Positions 19,318 through 29,384 of a stretch of DNA of 64,000 bases are shown one piece after another. The position numbers and the translations under genes are program-made. The DNA lies in the NCBI GenBank assembly GCA_039588275.1, contig JBDHAC010000018.1, forward strand, positions 1 to 64,000. The letters run 5' to 3'. The number at the start of each line of letters is the position of its first letter. Positions within the stretch are counted from its first letter, which is position 1. This stretch comes from Gemmatimonadota bacterium. Lineage in GTDB: Bacteria > Gemmatimonadota > Gemmatimonadetes > Palauibacterales > Palauibacteraceae. The notes beneath the pieces were generated by a model. It did not search any database. It was not told the origin of the DNA and saw only the letters and a list, made by a program, of their open reading frames with translations.

Positions 19318-19350
19318 GGGCGAGCCGACCTTTTGAGCGACGGCGCTCCG

Positions 19351-21078
19351 CTACGGGTCCGCCCGGTCGCGACGTGAGGCCGGCGGAATCCACCAGCGGT
19401 GCATCGTGTGCCCGAACCCGCTCGCGTCGACCTCCACGTCCTGGAGCCGGGACCCCACCCCGAGCGGGAGATCGAAGTACCACAGGAACGCGTACGGGTA
19501 GTCCGAGGCCACTCGGGCGCCGGCGCGACGCCAGTAGGGGGCGGCCTCGGCGGCCGTCGCCTGCGCCTGGGCCGAATCGATCAGGGCGACCGTCTCGGCG
19601 TCATCGTAGCCGACCACGTTCAGCGGGCTCGACGGATCCCCCCAGAAGATCGCGATGTCCGGATCCAATCCGACCTGCCAGCCGAGGAGCACGGCGGAGT
19701 AGTCCCTCCCGATCGCACGCCCGAAGAGAGCGTTGAACTCTTCGGTTCGTATTCGAGCCACGACCCCTACATCGGCGAGCTGGCGCTCGATGATCTGGAC
19801 GGCCGACTCGCGGCGCTCGTTTCCGGCCGAGGTCGTCAGCTCGAAATCGAATCGTTCAGCACCTCGCTCACGCACGCCATCCCCGTCGGCATCCACCCAG
19901 CCGGCAGACTCGAGCAGGCGACGGGCCTCCGCGGGATCGTACATGGGATCGTCGGGCGGCTCCGATTGCAGGGTCGAGAACAGGGAGCCGTACGGACCCC
20001 AGGCCGGTTCCGAGTACCCGACCATATCCAGGGCACGGATCAGCGCCCCGCGGTCGATCGCGAGCGAGAGCGCGTGCCGGACGACGGGGTCCCCGAACGC
20101 GGAGTGAGCCGCTGGATTCCAGGCGATGTAGTCGTAGCCCCGTTGAGGGGCTCGCTGGATCCGGATTCCCTCCTCGCGAGCGAGCGCGGCCGCCTGGCGA
20201 AAAGAATTGAGTTGGGCCGCGTCCAGGCTCCCGACTCGCAGCTCCGCGGCGCGCGTCACCTCGTCGGGTACGACCCGCACGACGAGCCGATCGAGGAGAG
20301 CCGGTGTCACGCTTCTGTCGTTGCGTGCGAGCCCGATCATCTCGGTCGGGCGCCAGGTGTCGAGCCGAAACGGGCCGCTCACTACGAGCCCGGCCGCGCC
20401 CTCGGCATCGGCGGGCTCGAGACCCGCCATCCCCTGCATGCTCTCTCGAGGCAACGTCCCGTACACGTGCTCGGGGATGATCCCGACACCCGTGTCGAAC
20501 AACATCCCGGGGTACGCGTGGTCGAAGAAGAACGTGACCGTCGAGTCATCGACCGCGACCACCGAGTCTATGTGCACCGTCGTCGATGAGAGAGGGAGCG
20601 CCAGAGCGGTGTCCGCGAGTAGCCCATAGGTGAACACTACGTCCCGGGCCCGGATCGGCTGACCGTCGGACCAGCGCTTCCGCGTGTCCAGCTGATAGGT
20701 GAGCTCCGCCCGCTCGGGCGACAGGGTCCAGGTCCGAGCCAAGCCGAGGGAGTGCCCGGGCTCGTAGTCCAGAGCGCCGCCACGCCAGCTTGCATAGTTC
20801 AGGCCCAGGAAGAGCGCGGTCCCAAGCTCGAAATCGAGCGCCGCCCCGGCCAGCGGCGGGAGGAGCGTGGTGCCGCCAGCCGCCACGCCCACGACCGCGG
20901 TACCGCCGGGTGTCGGGGCGCCAGCCCCCGCCGATGCCGGCGTGCGTGCGGTTCGGCCTTCGCCGCACCCCAGACTCAGACCGGTCAGACCCAGCAGCAC
21001 GACCAGTGTGGCTGCTCGTCCGGTTCTCGGATCTATCAGGCCTGCACCGGCACGGCCGACGCTCGATTGCATGGTCAC
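19351..21078 (-). CDS. ABC transporter peptide-type substrate-binding lipoprotein (SBP family 5)
   Basis: Lipobox LSLGC; WSDGQPIRARDVVFT, SGPFRL, VRHALSLAIDR, GWVDADGDG; GTGA overlap with the upstream gene. Confidence 0.9.
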   Translation of the reverse strand: MTMQSSVGRAGAGLIDPRTGRAATLVVLLGLTGLSLGCGEGRTARTPASAGAGAPTPGGTAVVGVAAGGTTLLPPLAGAALDFELGTALFLGLNYASWRGGALDYEPGHSLGLARTWTLSPERAELTYQLDTRKRWSDGQPIRARDVVFTYGLLADTALALPLSSTTVHIDSVVAVDDSTVTFFFDHAYPGMLFDTGVGIIPEHVYGTLPRESMQGMAGLEPADAEGAAGLVVSGPFRLDTWRPTEMIGLARNDRSVTPALLDRLVVRVVPDEVTRAAELRVGSLDAAQLNSFRQAAALAREEGIRIQRAPQRGYDYIAWNPAAHSAFGDPVVRHALSLAIDRGALIRALDMVGYSEPAWGPYGSLFSTLQSEPPDDPMYDPAEARRLLESAGWVDADGDGVRERGAERFDFELTTSAGNERRESAVQIIERQLADVGVVARIRTEEFNALFGRAIGRDYSAVLLGWQVGLDPDIAIFWGDPSSPLNVVGYDDAETVALIDSAQAQATAAEAAPYWRRAGARVASDYPYAFLWYFDLPLGVGSRLQDVEVDASGFGHTMHRWWIPPASRRDRADP

Positions 21079-23141
21079 CGTCCCTCCGGATGCGGTAGGA
21101 CCCCGAGAGCCGCATACAACGCGGCGGGGTCGTACAGGACTCCATCCTTCATCACGAAGTCGACCTTGCGGATGTCCGCGATGCTGACGCTCGGATCCCC
21201 ATCTACGAGGATCAGGTCGGCCAGCTTCCCGGGCTCGATCGACCCCAGAACGTCATCTCGGGCCGCGACCTCTGCCGCTCCCAGCGTCGCGATCCGGAGC
21301 ACCTCCGGCGCCGGGATCCCGGCCCGCGCGTACAGCTCGAGCTCTCGGTGGAGCGCGAAGCCGGCCATCGCGTCGGTACCGGGCACGATCCGGATTCCCT
21401 GCCGGTACAGCTCGAACACCAGATCCAGCATGCGCCCCGCCGACTCCCGGTACCGACCATCCATCCCCTCGGGGACCGGGAGTCCCCCGTCCAGGTAGCC
21501 ACGGCGCACCATGGGTGGCAGTCGATCCGCGACCGCGGCGAACTGAGGCGAGACCGAGCCCGGACGGGCCGTGAACATCGCATCGAAGATGCCCACGGTG
21601 GGATCGACGACCACGTCCCGCTCGCGCAGGGCTCGGATGAAGCTCTGCACGCTGTCCGCGTCGAGATCCAGCTCGACCGCATGTTGTGCGACGGCGGTAA
21701 AGCGGAGCGGCGTGCGCGTGTCGAGCGTATCCCCGAGGAAGTTGAGGAACAGCATGTTTATGTGTTGGATTTCGTCGAAGCCGTCGCGAACCGCCTGACT
21801 CGCGGTCATGAACGCCGGGATGTGCCCGCTGACCCGCATCCCGTGCGCATGCGCGGCCTCGACGATCGTCGGCACGAGCTCGGGTTCGATCGAGCTGTAC
21901 ATCTTGATCTGCTCGTATCCGAGCTCGGCATAGCGATCGATCCAATCCCGGATCTCGGCTTCGGTGTCGACCAGGACCTTGGTCGGCCCGGCGAACGGCC
22001 CCGGTCCATCCATGAAGCCCGCCATGATCACACGCGGCCCGATCGCCCGACCCTCGTCGAACGCGCGTCGTGTGTCCAACAGGCCATCGATGTCGTTGGC
22101 GAGGTCACGCACCGTGGTCACGCCGGCGGCGAGCTGGAGCAAGCCGTCCAGCTTGTCGATGTGGACGTGCATGTCGAACAGCCCCGGGAGGAGGGTGCGA
22201 TCCAGCGCATCCATCTGCTCCGTCCCCTCGGGCAGGCGCACCTCATCGTCGGGGCCCACGGCCGCGATGCGGTTCCCGTCTACCAGCACGGTCATGCCGG
22301 AGCTGACGGAGAGCGTGCGGGGGTCGAATAGCCGCGCGTTGCGGATGGCAACCGGTCCACCGGGTCGGAGTGACAGCTCATCGGCGAGGCGCCCGAGCCA
22401 CTCGTCCTCGTATCGCTGCTGAGACGCGTGCAGCCGCGGCAGAACCTCCTCCCAGCCCTCCCGCACGACCCCCATCCAGCCGCTGCTCCTCCCGAAGAAC
22501 TCGCCTTCGGAGTCGAGCCACACGAAGGAGGGCGAGAAGCCGGTCCCCCCGATCGCGTACAGCGTGACCGCGACTCGATCATCACCGCTTTCGAGCACGA
22601 GGGAGTCCGCCACCTCGATCGCCGCGCGGCCTTCCGGGAAGAGCGGCAACCGACCGTCCGCAGCCATTAGCAGGGCGCGCGTTACCAGGGCATCGGAGTA
22701 GGGGGTCGAGTTCATCGGGAGGTACAGCGACGGGTCCCGGACCGTGGCCTCGCCGTCCTCTCCCTGATTGCGCCAGCGGGCGCGTGAGCCGTCGTTGTGG
22801 AAGTCCTCTCGGACCTCGTTCTTGAGGTAGTCGACGCCCGTCACGCTCCACTCCACGGGCAGATCGGCGTCATCCAGGCGCACCTCTACACGGAAGTCCG
22901 GACCCCGACCCCGATCGTTGTATTCGTATCGCATCGAGTAGCTGTCATCGGTCTCACGCCAGACAAGCTCCGAGCCGGCGGGATTCCCCTGCATCAGGAC
23001 CGCGTAGCGCAGCGTGTCCGCGGCGGCGACCGGTCGGCCGGCGGCGACGCCTTCCTGCGAGGCGCCCAAGACGCCCGCATCCGAAAACCCCACCGCCAGG
23101 ATCGCGGCCAGGCCGAGCAACACGGTGAATCGCGGGTGCAT
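21075..23141 (-). CDS. Exported amidohydrolase-family protein with N-terminal beta-rich domain
   Basis: GAGGAGG RBS; signal peptide; LPGLFDMHVH, AAGVTTVRD, QIKMY, VSGH, PGTDA, GKLADLILVDGDP. Confidence 0.9.
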   Translation of the reverse strand: MHPRFTVLLGLAAILAVGFSDAGVLGASQEGVAAGRPVAAADTLRYAVLMQGNPAGSELVWRETDDSYSMRYEYNDRGRGPDFRVEVRLDDADLPVEWSVTGVDYLKNEVREDFHNDGSRARWRNQGEDGEATVRDPSLYLPMNSTPYSDALVTRALLMAADGRLPLFPEGRAAIEVADSLVLESGDDRVAVTLYAIGGTGFSPSFVWLDSEGEFFGRSSGWMGVVREGWEEVLPRLHASQQRYEDEWLGRLADELSLRPGGPVAIRNARLFDPRTLSVSSGMTVLVDGNRIAAVGPDDEVRLPEGTEQMDALDRTLLPGLFDMHVHIDKLDGLLQLAAGVTTVRDLANDIDGLLDTRRAFDEGRAIGPRVIMAGFMDGPGPFAGPTKVLVDTEAEIRDWIDRYAELGYEQIKMYSSIEPELVPTIVEAAHAHGMRVSGHIPAFMTASQAVRDGFDEIQHINMLFLNFLGDTLDTRTPLRFTAVAQHAVELDLDADSVQSFIRALRERDVVVDPTVGIFDAMFTARPGSVSPQFAAVADRLPPMVRRGYLDGGLPVPEGMDGRYRESAGRMLDLVFELYRQGIRIVPGTDAMAGFALHRELELYARAGIPAPEVLRIATLGAAEVAARDDVLGSIEPGKLADLILVDGDPSVSIADIRKVDFVMKDGVLYDPAALYAALGVLPHPEGR

Positions 23142-23212
23142 GTGATGTCCTCCTCGGGTCGGTGAAAGCCTCGAACCCGCGTGGGCGACCGAGATGTCGA
23201 GCGATGGACCCG

Positions 23213-24931
23213 CTAAAACGCGGAGCTGGTGAGCACCACGTCCGCGGCCCGCCACGCCGCCTGGAAACGACCGGTGACCTGCTCTGCGTCCGCAGCCCGG
23301 CCCTGAGCCCGAAGACTCTGCACCAGCCCGAACAGCGACCAGCCGTTCTCCGGGTACTTCGAGAGATCCGCGACGTACACTGCCTCCGCCTCGCGAGCCT
23401 GTCCGGCAGTCAGTAGCACGGCCCCCAGAACCTGACGTACCGGGAGATGCCAGTCGGGAGGCTCGTCATACGTGAGCGCATCCTCACGCTGCACCCCCCG
23501 GCGGAGAAACTGCACGGCACGAGTGATGTCACCGTTAGCCGCCGCGATACGACCCGCCAACACGTCGTACGCGATCTCCAGCAGGCGGTTGCCGGGGTTG
23601 AGGCCGAAGATGTCTACTTCCGCCGTGCCCGGATCGGACACGAGCGCTTCCAGGCTCGCGAGCTCGCTTTCGGCCTCGGCGAGTTGGCCGCGGGCCGTGA
23701 ACGCCATTCCGCGCGCGTAGTGCCAGTTACCCCTCGGGTACGGGAGGTCCTCGGGGAATGCGGGCTCCGCGAGGATGTCGTCCCACTTGCCGAAACGGAT
23801 CATCATCCGAACGGGAGCGGTCAGATAGTGCTGGAGCATCCCGAAGCCAGGTTCGCGGAGCATCGACCGGTCCGTCTTCTCGGCCACGCTTCGCGCGGCG
23901 CCGAGGGCCTGCTCGCTCTTGCCAGCCATCGCCGCGGCGAAGGCCAGGAAATCGTAATTGTGCGGATAGTAGGCGAGTGGGTAGATCCCGGACGGATTCT
24001 GTTCCGCGATGTACTCCTCGTCCGCGTGGACCGCGTGCTCGTTTCGTTCGATCGCATCGATGTAGCGGCCCACTCGGATGTAGACGTGCCCGGGCATGTG
24101 TACCAGGTGACCCGCTCCCGGCATGAGGTCGGGCAGCCGCTCGGCACACGAGACCGCGCGTTCGGGATACGCCGCCTCAACCGCATGGATGTAGTAGTGA
24201 CACGCCCCGGGATGGGTGGGGTGGGCAGTCAGGGTCTCCCGAAGCCGCCTGAGGATGTCGGTCGTGCCGGGGCGGGGCTCCTTGGCCGGCGTCCAGTAAT
24301 CCCACGGAGTCAGGTTCATGAGCGCCGCCGCGTGCAGCACCTGTGCGTCGGGGTCTTCGGGGAACCGGTCCGCGACCTCGCCCATGGCCCGCGCGTATGC
24401 CGAGTCGAGAGGCGGCCGGGGCGCGAGCGGATCCTCCACGTACCGCGCGGCGATCGCTTCGACGTAAGCGCGTTCCGGCACCGCCCGCGGGTTTGCCCCG
24501 CCCTCCTGCCCCTCCGCCGCCGCGACGAGTTCCAGCGCGCGCTGTACGGCGTCGAAGGCGGCGACACCTGCCGCGGAGTCCATCACCGCGTTGATGTTCG
24601 GTCCGCGCGCGAGAGCCACGCCCCAATAGCACATCGTGCACTGCCGATCGAATGCGATCGCCTGCTCGAACGAGCGGATAGCCTCGGCGTGGTTGAACCC
24701 GTACACGAGCCGCAGGCCCTGATCGAAGTACTGCTGCGCCTCCGGTACCGGGCTGGAGATCTCGTGCCGCATTTCACCGAGGTTGTCGTAGAGTGGCACG
24801 GTGATCTCGGGCCCGCCGCACGCACCCACGACGACGGCCATCCCGATCCACGGCAGGCGGTGCCTTGGGCTTCGGCTAGTGCCTTCGAGCGATCTGGCAG
24901 ATCTCGAGATTCGAGCACCTCCAGTACGCAT
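23213..24931 (-). CDS. TPR-repeat lipoprotein (conserved hypothetical)
   Basis: VVGAC lipobox; AQQYFDQGL..YGFNHAEAIRSF, HPGACHYYIHAVE, GHLVHMPGH, YDEPPDW, PENGWSLFGL; start could be further downstream. Confidence 0.85.
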   Translation of the reverse strand: MRTGGARISRSARSLEGTSRSPRHRLPWIGMAVVVGACGGPEITVPLYDNLGEMRHEISSPVPEAQQYFDQGLRLVYGFNHAEAIRSFEQAIAFDRQCTMCYWGVALARGPNINAVMDSAAGVAAFDAVQRALELVAAAEGQEGGANPRAVPERAYVEAIAARYVEDPLAPRPPLDSAYARAMGEVADRFPEDPDAQVLHAAALMNLTPWDYWTPAKEPRPGTTDILRRLRETLTAHPTHPGACHYYIHAVEAAYPERAVSCAERLPDLMPGAGHLVHMPGHVYIRVGRYIDAIERNEHAVHADEEYIAEQNPSGIYPLAYYPHNYDFLAFAAAMAGKSEQALGAARSVAEKTDRSMLREPGFGMLQHYLTAPVRMMIRFGKWDDILAEPAFPEDLPYPRGNWHYARGMAFTARGQLAEAESELASLEALVSDPGTAEVDIFGLNPGNRLLEIAYDVLAGRIAAANGDITRAVQFLRRGVQREDALTYDEPPDWHLPVRQVLGAVLLTAGQAREAEAVYVADLSKYPENGWSLFGLVQSLRAQGRAADAEQVTGRFQAAWRAADVVLTSSAF

Positions 24932-25281
24932 TAGCTCGATGACCGTATGCGATTTATTTGCAATGCTTAACCTGATCGCGTAATGAGCGAGGCCGAGCCC
25001 GGATCCACCCGATGCGGACCCGCCCGTCGTCGATGCTGCGCGCCACGCTCGAGGACCACCCCGGCAGACCGGTCGGCCGCCTCGCCTGAAATGTACGGGG
25101 CACCCGGGTGCCGGGGTACCGCGCTCGCCTGCTTCTTGCCCCGATGCTTCTCGAATCGACGCGTTTTGTGCAGGCGGCCGGTCGACCGGCTCGCGGTGCG
25201 CGGGGCTGACGTCCGCCGGGCGAGTTCACAACTCCGCCCCTCGGCGGCCGTTAGCCTGGACACAGGCGGTGCGGGGCGCTC

Positions 25282-27450
25282 GTGCAGGAAACGACACAAC
25301 CAAGCAATCAGCCACAAGTATCGTTATACCGGGAAGCGAGCCCGGGTGCGCGAGTTACGGCATACGCATCTCTGGCCGCCGCCGTCCTCATCCTGTTCGT
25401 CGTTGCCAACCTCGTATCGTGGACGAGCACGCCCCTGCTCCACAGTCTCGTGGAAGTGACGGCCACGGTTCTGGCGGGAATCGTCGGCGTGCTGGCGCTC
25501 GTCCGGTACTACTCGCACAAAAACCCGACGCTGCTTCTCGTCGGCGCCGGATTCGTCGGCACCGCGTTTCTGAATGCCACCCATCTGGTCGTGACTGCCG
25601 AAGGTTTTCCGTGGCGCCTGGCGACGGAGCCGGAGGCGTTGGGGCATTGGACGTGGCTCGCCTCGCAGCTGTTCCTGTCCCTCATCCTCGTCTGGAGCTG
25701 GTGGGAGTGGCGGCGTGAAGTACGGATCGGCCGCGAGCAGGCCCGCTTGCCGGAGCTACGTGTCTACCTTGAGGTGGGGGCGCTCGTCCTGCTCTCCGTC
25801 GCGTTCCTGGGATTCATCGGACTTCCACCCGAGATCCGGCCCGGCGCTCGCATTCCGCGGCCGGCCGAGCTGATCCCTGGCGCGCTCTTCGGGATCACGC
25901 TCGTAGGCTATCTCGTCAAGGGGAACTGGAGGATTCGCCCGTTCGAGGTGTGGCTCGTCGCCGCCCTGGTACTCGGTTTCGCGAGCCAGACCCTGTTCAT
26001 GCCGCTCAGCTCCGAGTCGTTGGATGCGTTGAGCACCGGCGGGCATCTGCTGAGGGTCACCAGCTACGCGTTCATCCTCATCGGGCTCCTGTCCAGCATG
26101 TACGGGCTCTATCGCCAGGTGGAGCGCAGCACGTACGTGATCCGGCACGCGAACGAGGCGCTGCGCGGAGAGATCGAGGAACGCAAGCTCGCCGAGGACG
26201 CCGCGCGCGAAAGCGAGGAGAAGTATCGCACGATCCTAGAGACGATCCAGGAGGGGTACTACGAGGTCGACCTCGCCGGGAACCTCACGTTCGCCAACGA
26301 CTCTCTCGCGCGCCTGCTCGGATACGAACTTCCCGAGCTGGCGCGCATGAACTACCGGCGCTACACCGATGAACCGTACTCGCGCGCCGTCTTCGAGACT
26401 TTCAACCACGTGTACAGGACCGGCCAGCTGGTCGAGTCGTTCGGGTGGGAGATCCTCCGCAAGGACGGAGAGCGGCGCTATGCCGAAGCCTCGGCGGGTC
26501 CGGTCGAGAACGCGGACGGAGAGATCGTCGGGTTCCGTGGCATCGTTCGCGATGTCACACCCCGGCGCCGCGCCGAGGAGAAGCTCAAGGAGCGCTCACA
26601 CGAGCTCGCGCGCACGAACGAGGAGCTCCGGCAGTTCGCGTCCGTGGCTTCGCACGACCTCCAGGAGCCGCTGCGCATGGTCTCAGGGTACACACAGCTC
26701 CTCGCACGCCGGTACGAGGGACGGCTGGACGAAGAGGCCGACCAGTTCATTCGGTATGCGGTGGATGGCGTCACGCGTATGCAGAACCTCATCCGGGATC
26801 TGTTGAGCTACTCGCGAATCCAGACGCATGGGCGGGATTTCGAGCCCGTGAACGCGCTCGAGTCGCTCGAGTGGGCGCTCACGAATCTGGAGTGCGGGGT
26901 CCAGGAGGCCGAAGCGATCGTGACGCACGATGAGTTGCCGGTCGTGCAGGCGGATCCCGTGCAACTGGGGCAGCTCTTCCAGAACCTGGTCGCGAACTCG
27001 GTGAAGTTCCGGAGCGAGGACCGGCTGCAGATCCACATCGGCGCGCAACGGGGTGCCGACGAGTGGATGTTCAGCGTACGCGACAACGGAATCGGGCTGG
27101 ATCCGCAGTACGGCTCCAGGATCTTCGACATCTTTCAGCGTCTACACCCTCACGACGAGTACGAGGGAACGGGGATCGGGTTGGCCATCTGCAAGCGGAT
27201 CGTGGAACGGCACTCAGGGAGGATCTGGGTCGAGTCAATGCCCGGACACGGCGCTACGTTCTACTTCACGATCGCGGACGTGCCTGGCGCGACCCTCGGT
27301 GAGGCTGACCCCGAGGCCGAGATCGACATGGAGTTCGTCGACGCGAAGCCCTCGGAATCGGACCTCGCACAGCCAGGGCGCCTGGGGGCAGCCTCGGATC
27401 CTGAGCCCGAGCCGCAGGTCGTCGGCTCGGAAGGGAATGCGGAGTCATGA
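25282..27450 (+). CDS. Membrane sensor histidine kinase (MASE3-like TM domain, PAS, HisKA, HATPase)
   Basis: About 7 TM helices; PAS (SEEKYRTILE..VRDVT); ASHDLQEPLR, QLFQNLVANSVKF, DNGIG, GTGIGLAIC. Confidence 0.92.
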   Translation: MQETTQPSNQPQVSLYREASPGARVTAYASLAAAVLILFVVANLVSWTSTPLLHSLVEVTATVLAGIVGVLALVRYYSHKNPTLLLVGAGFVGTAFLNATHLVVTAEGFPWRLATEPEALGHWTWLASQLFLSLILVWSWWEWRREVRIGREQARLPELRVYLEVGALVLLSVAFLGFIGLPPEIRPGARIPRPAELIPGALFGITLVGYLVKGNWRIRPFEVWLVAALVLGFASQTLFMPLSSESLDALSTGGHLLRVTSYAFILIGLLSSMYGLYRQVERSTYVIRHANEALRGEIEERKLAEDAARESEEKYRTILETIQEGYYEVDLAGNLTFANDSLARLLGYELPELARMNYRRYTDEPYSRAVFETFNHVYRTGQLVESFGWEILRKDGERRYAEASAGPVENADGEIVGFRGIVRDVTPRRRAEEKLKERSHELARTNEELRQFASVASHDLQEPLRMVSGYTQLLARRYEGRLDEEADQFIRYAVDGVTRMQNLIRDLLSYSRIQTHGRDFEPVNALESLEWALTNLECGVQEAEAIVTHDELPVVQADPVQLGQLFQNLVANSVKFRSEDRLQIHIGAQRGADEWMFSVRDNGIGLDPQYGSRIFDIFQRLHPHDEYEGTGIGLAICKRIVERHSGRIWVESMPGHGATFYFTIADVPGATLGEADPEAEIDMEFVDAKPSESDLAQPGRLGAASDPEPEPQVVGSEGNAES

Positions 27451-27878
27451 GCCTTCCCGCCGCGGAGGTTCTCCTCGTCGAGGATAACCCGGGCGACGTC
27501 CTGCTCGTCCGGGAGGCGCTCGAGATGTCCGAGCTGTCGACGACCCTCCATGTGTGCCGCGATGGCGTGGAGGCGATGGAGTTCCTCCGGGAGAGGGACA
27601 CCGAGAACGGATCTCCACTGCCCGACCTCGTGCTGCTCGACCTGAATATGCCGAGGATGTCCGGACACGAAGTGCTCGCCGAGATGAAGGCCGATGTGGC
27701 TCTGCGCAGGATCCCCGTGGTCGTACTCTCGACCTCCACCGCACGCTCGGATATACGCACGACGTATCAGCTCCACGCCAACTGCTACATCACGAAGCCA
27801 CTCGATCTCGAGCTGTTCATGAAGGTGGTGCGCAACATCGCGAGCTTCTGGCTCGGGGTCGTACAACTCCCCTGCTGA
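27447..27878 (+). CDS. Single-domain response regulator, Rcp1-like
   Basis: LLVEDNPGD, PDLVLLDLNMP, LSTS, ANCYITKP, FWL; ATGA overlap with the kinase. Confidence 0.93.
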   Translation: MSLPAAEVLLVEDNPGDVLLVREALEMSELSTTLHVCRDGVEAMEFLRERDTENGSPLPDLVLLDLNMPRMSGHEVLAEMKADVALRRIPVVVLSTSTARSDIRTTYQLHANCYITKPLDLELFMKVVRNIASFWLGVVQLPC

Positions 27879-28016
27879 CCCCGGCTTCGGGCGCCAGCTT
27901 CCGGGTAGTGACGGGGCCGCGGCGCGCGAACATCCCTCCAAACCGTTGCAGTTTGCCAGATTGCGTACGCGGCTCGGGAGTCCAGCTGACTTCTTCTGCC
28001 TCTACGTCGCCCCCTA

Positions 28017-28033
28017 TATGAAATGTTTTCATA
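28017..28033. promoter_or_regulatory. Perfect AT-rich palindrome upstream of a sigma-54 promoter
   Basis: TATGAAA-TGT-TTTCATA. Confidence 0.55.
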
Positions 28034-28075
28034 ACGTTAGGGAGTCTCGCGCGGCCTCTCGGACTCCGGCACCCG

Positions 28076-28091
28076 TGGCCTCTCACTTGCC
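28076..28091 (+). promoter_or_regulatory. sigma-54 -24/-12 promoter of the glycosyltransferase operon
   Basis: TGGCCTCTCACTTGCC with GG(28077-78)-N10-GC(28089-90), about 60 bp before TTG 28149 (AAGGAG RBS). Confidence 0.7.
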
Positions 28092-28148
28092 GATCTCCCT
28101 GAGGATTAGAGCCCCCCTACCGAGCCGGTCGGTCCGGAAGGAGCCAGG

Positions 28149-29367
28149 TTGAGCGAACTCAGCGCGAACGTGGTCGCCCAGGAGGGCGGCGACGTGTCAC
28201 GTCCAGCGCGTGTGAACGGGAGTGGGTCCGGTCGAAGGATCGGACCGCAGGGTCGCATCCTCCTTCTGGATACCGACGTCCCGTTCCGGCAGACCCTCGT
28301 CGCCGCTCTGGAGCGGTTCGGGATAGAGGTTTCGTGGCGAGCTCGCGTCCTGGGGCTCTTCGACGCGCTCGCCGAAGCCGACCCGATCTCGCTCGTGATG
28401 AGCGCCGATCTTCCGGGGAGCGATCCGCTCGAGCTGATTCGCTCCGTGCGTCGGAGTCGCTGGGCCGAACTCCCGATCCTCATCGTCGCGAACGAGCCCG
28501 ACCGGTCTTTCGAGCTGCGCGCCTACGTCGATGGCGCCGACACGGTGGTCGCCCGCGCGGGGGCGGCGGGCGAGCTGGCCGCGCATATCATGGGGCATGC
28601 CGCGCGTCGCATCCGGAGGCGCCGGGATGCCGCGCGCGATCTTGCCGATGTGGCGCTCGCCATCAGCGAACGGGACGCGCCGACCGCCCAACCCGACGCT
28701 GCGGTCGACGAGCGGTACGCCGCTCTCGGCGAACCGGGGGGCGCCGCCCTCGGCGAACGGGGGGGTGCCGCTCCGGGCACGCCCGTTCCACCCGCGTTCA
28801 GCGCGCCCGACCCGGCTGGCGCAGTCGTCGGGCACGCGCAGGCCGCTCCACCCAACGGGCACGTGCACGACCCTCGAGGATCGGCGGCTTCCGGGTACGG
28901 TTCCGTGGAGCACCAGGCGGCTGACTCCACGCCCTTGGCCCAGCTGTTACACGACCCCACCGCAGCTTCACCCTTCGGGACGACCGCCATGAGGTCAGGC
29001 GGTGTAGCGGGGCCGATCGACGGCACGCCGGCTTCGCACGCTGCCCCGGGCACCCCAGCGGCCCCGCTGCTGCACCCGCAGGCTGCCGTTCCCGACGTGA
29101 TCCTCGTCGATGACGACCCTTCGCTGCTGGAGATGCTTCGGTACGCGCTCACCAACCGGGGGTACAAGACGCCTGCATGAGCTCGGCGGCTGTCGCCCGG
29201 GCGACTACCAGGTGATCCTGTGCACCGTTCACAGTAGCGAGGCAACCCAGGTGCTCGGGATCCAGTCCGGTGCGGTGGATTACATCGTCAAGCCGTTCCG
29301 GATGCCCATCGTGCTCGCCAAGGTCGAGCGACTCCTGGGATCTCCCCGGCTTCCGGCCGGGCCGTAG
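28149..29367 (+). pseudogene. Double-receiver protein (pseudo-REC, Pro/Ala linker, REC) disrupted near 29171-29172
   Basis: The frame from 28149 reads VILVDDDPSLLEMLRYALTNRGYKT then stops at 29180; another frame continues LHEL..VILCTVHSSE..GAVDYIVKPF to 29367; the segment carrying the phosphoacceptor Asp is absent. Confidence 0.75.
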
Positions 29368-29384
29368 TGCAACACGATCCGTAG

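Noticed and set aside
29110..29367. Independent 85-aa gene, or programmed frameshift
   Set aside because: It is the C-terminal half of the broken receiver; no slippery run, and the central segment is missing from both frames
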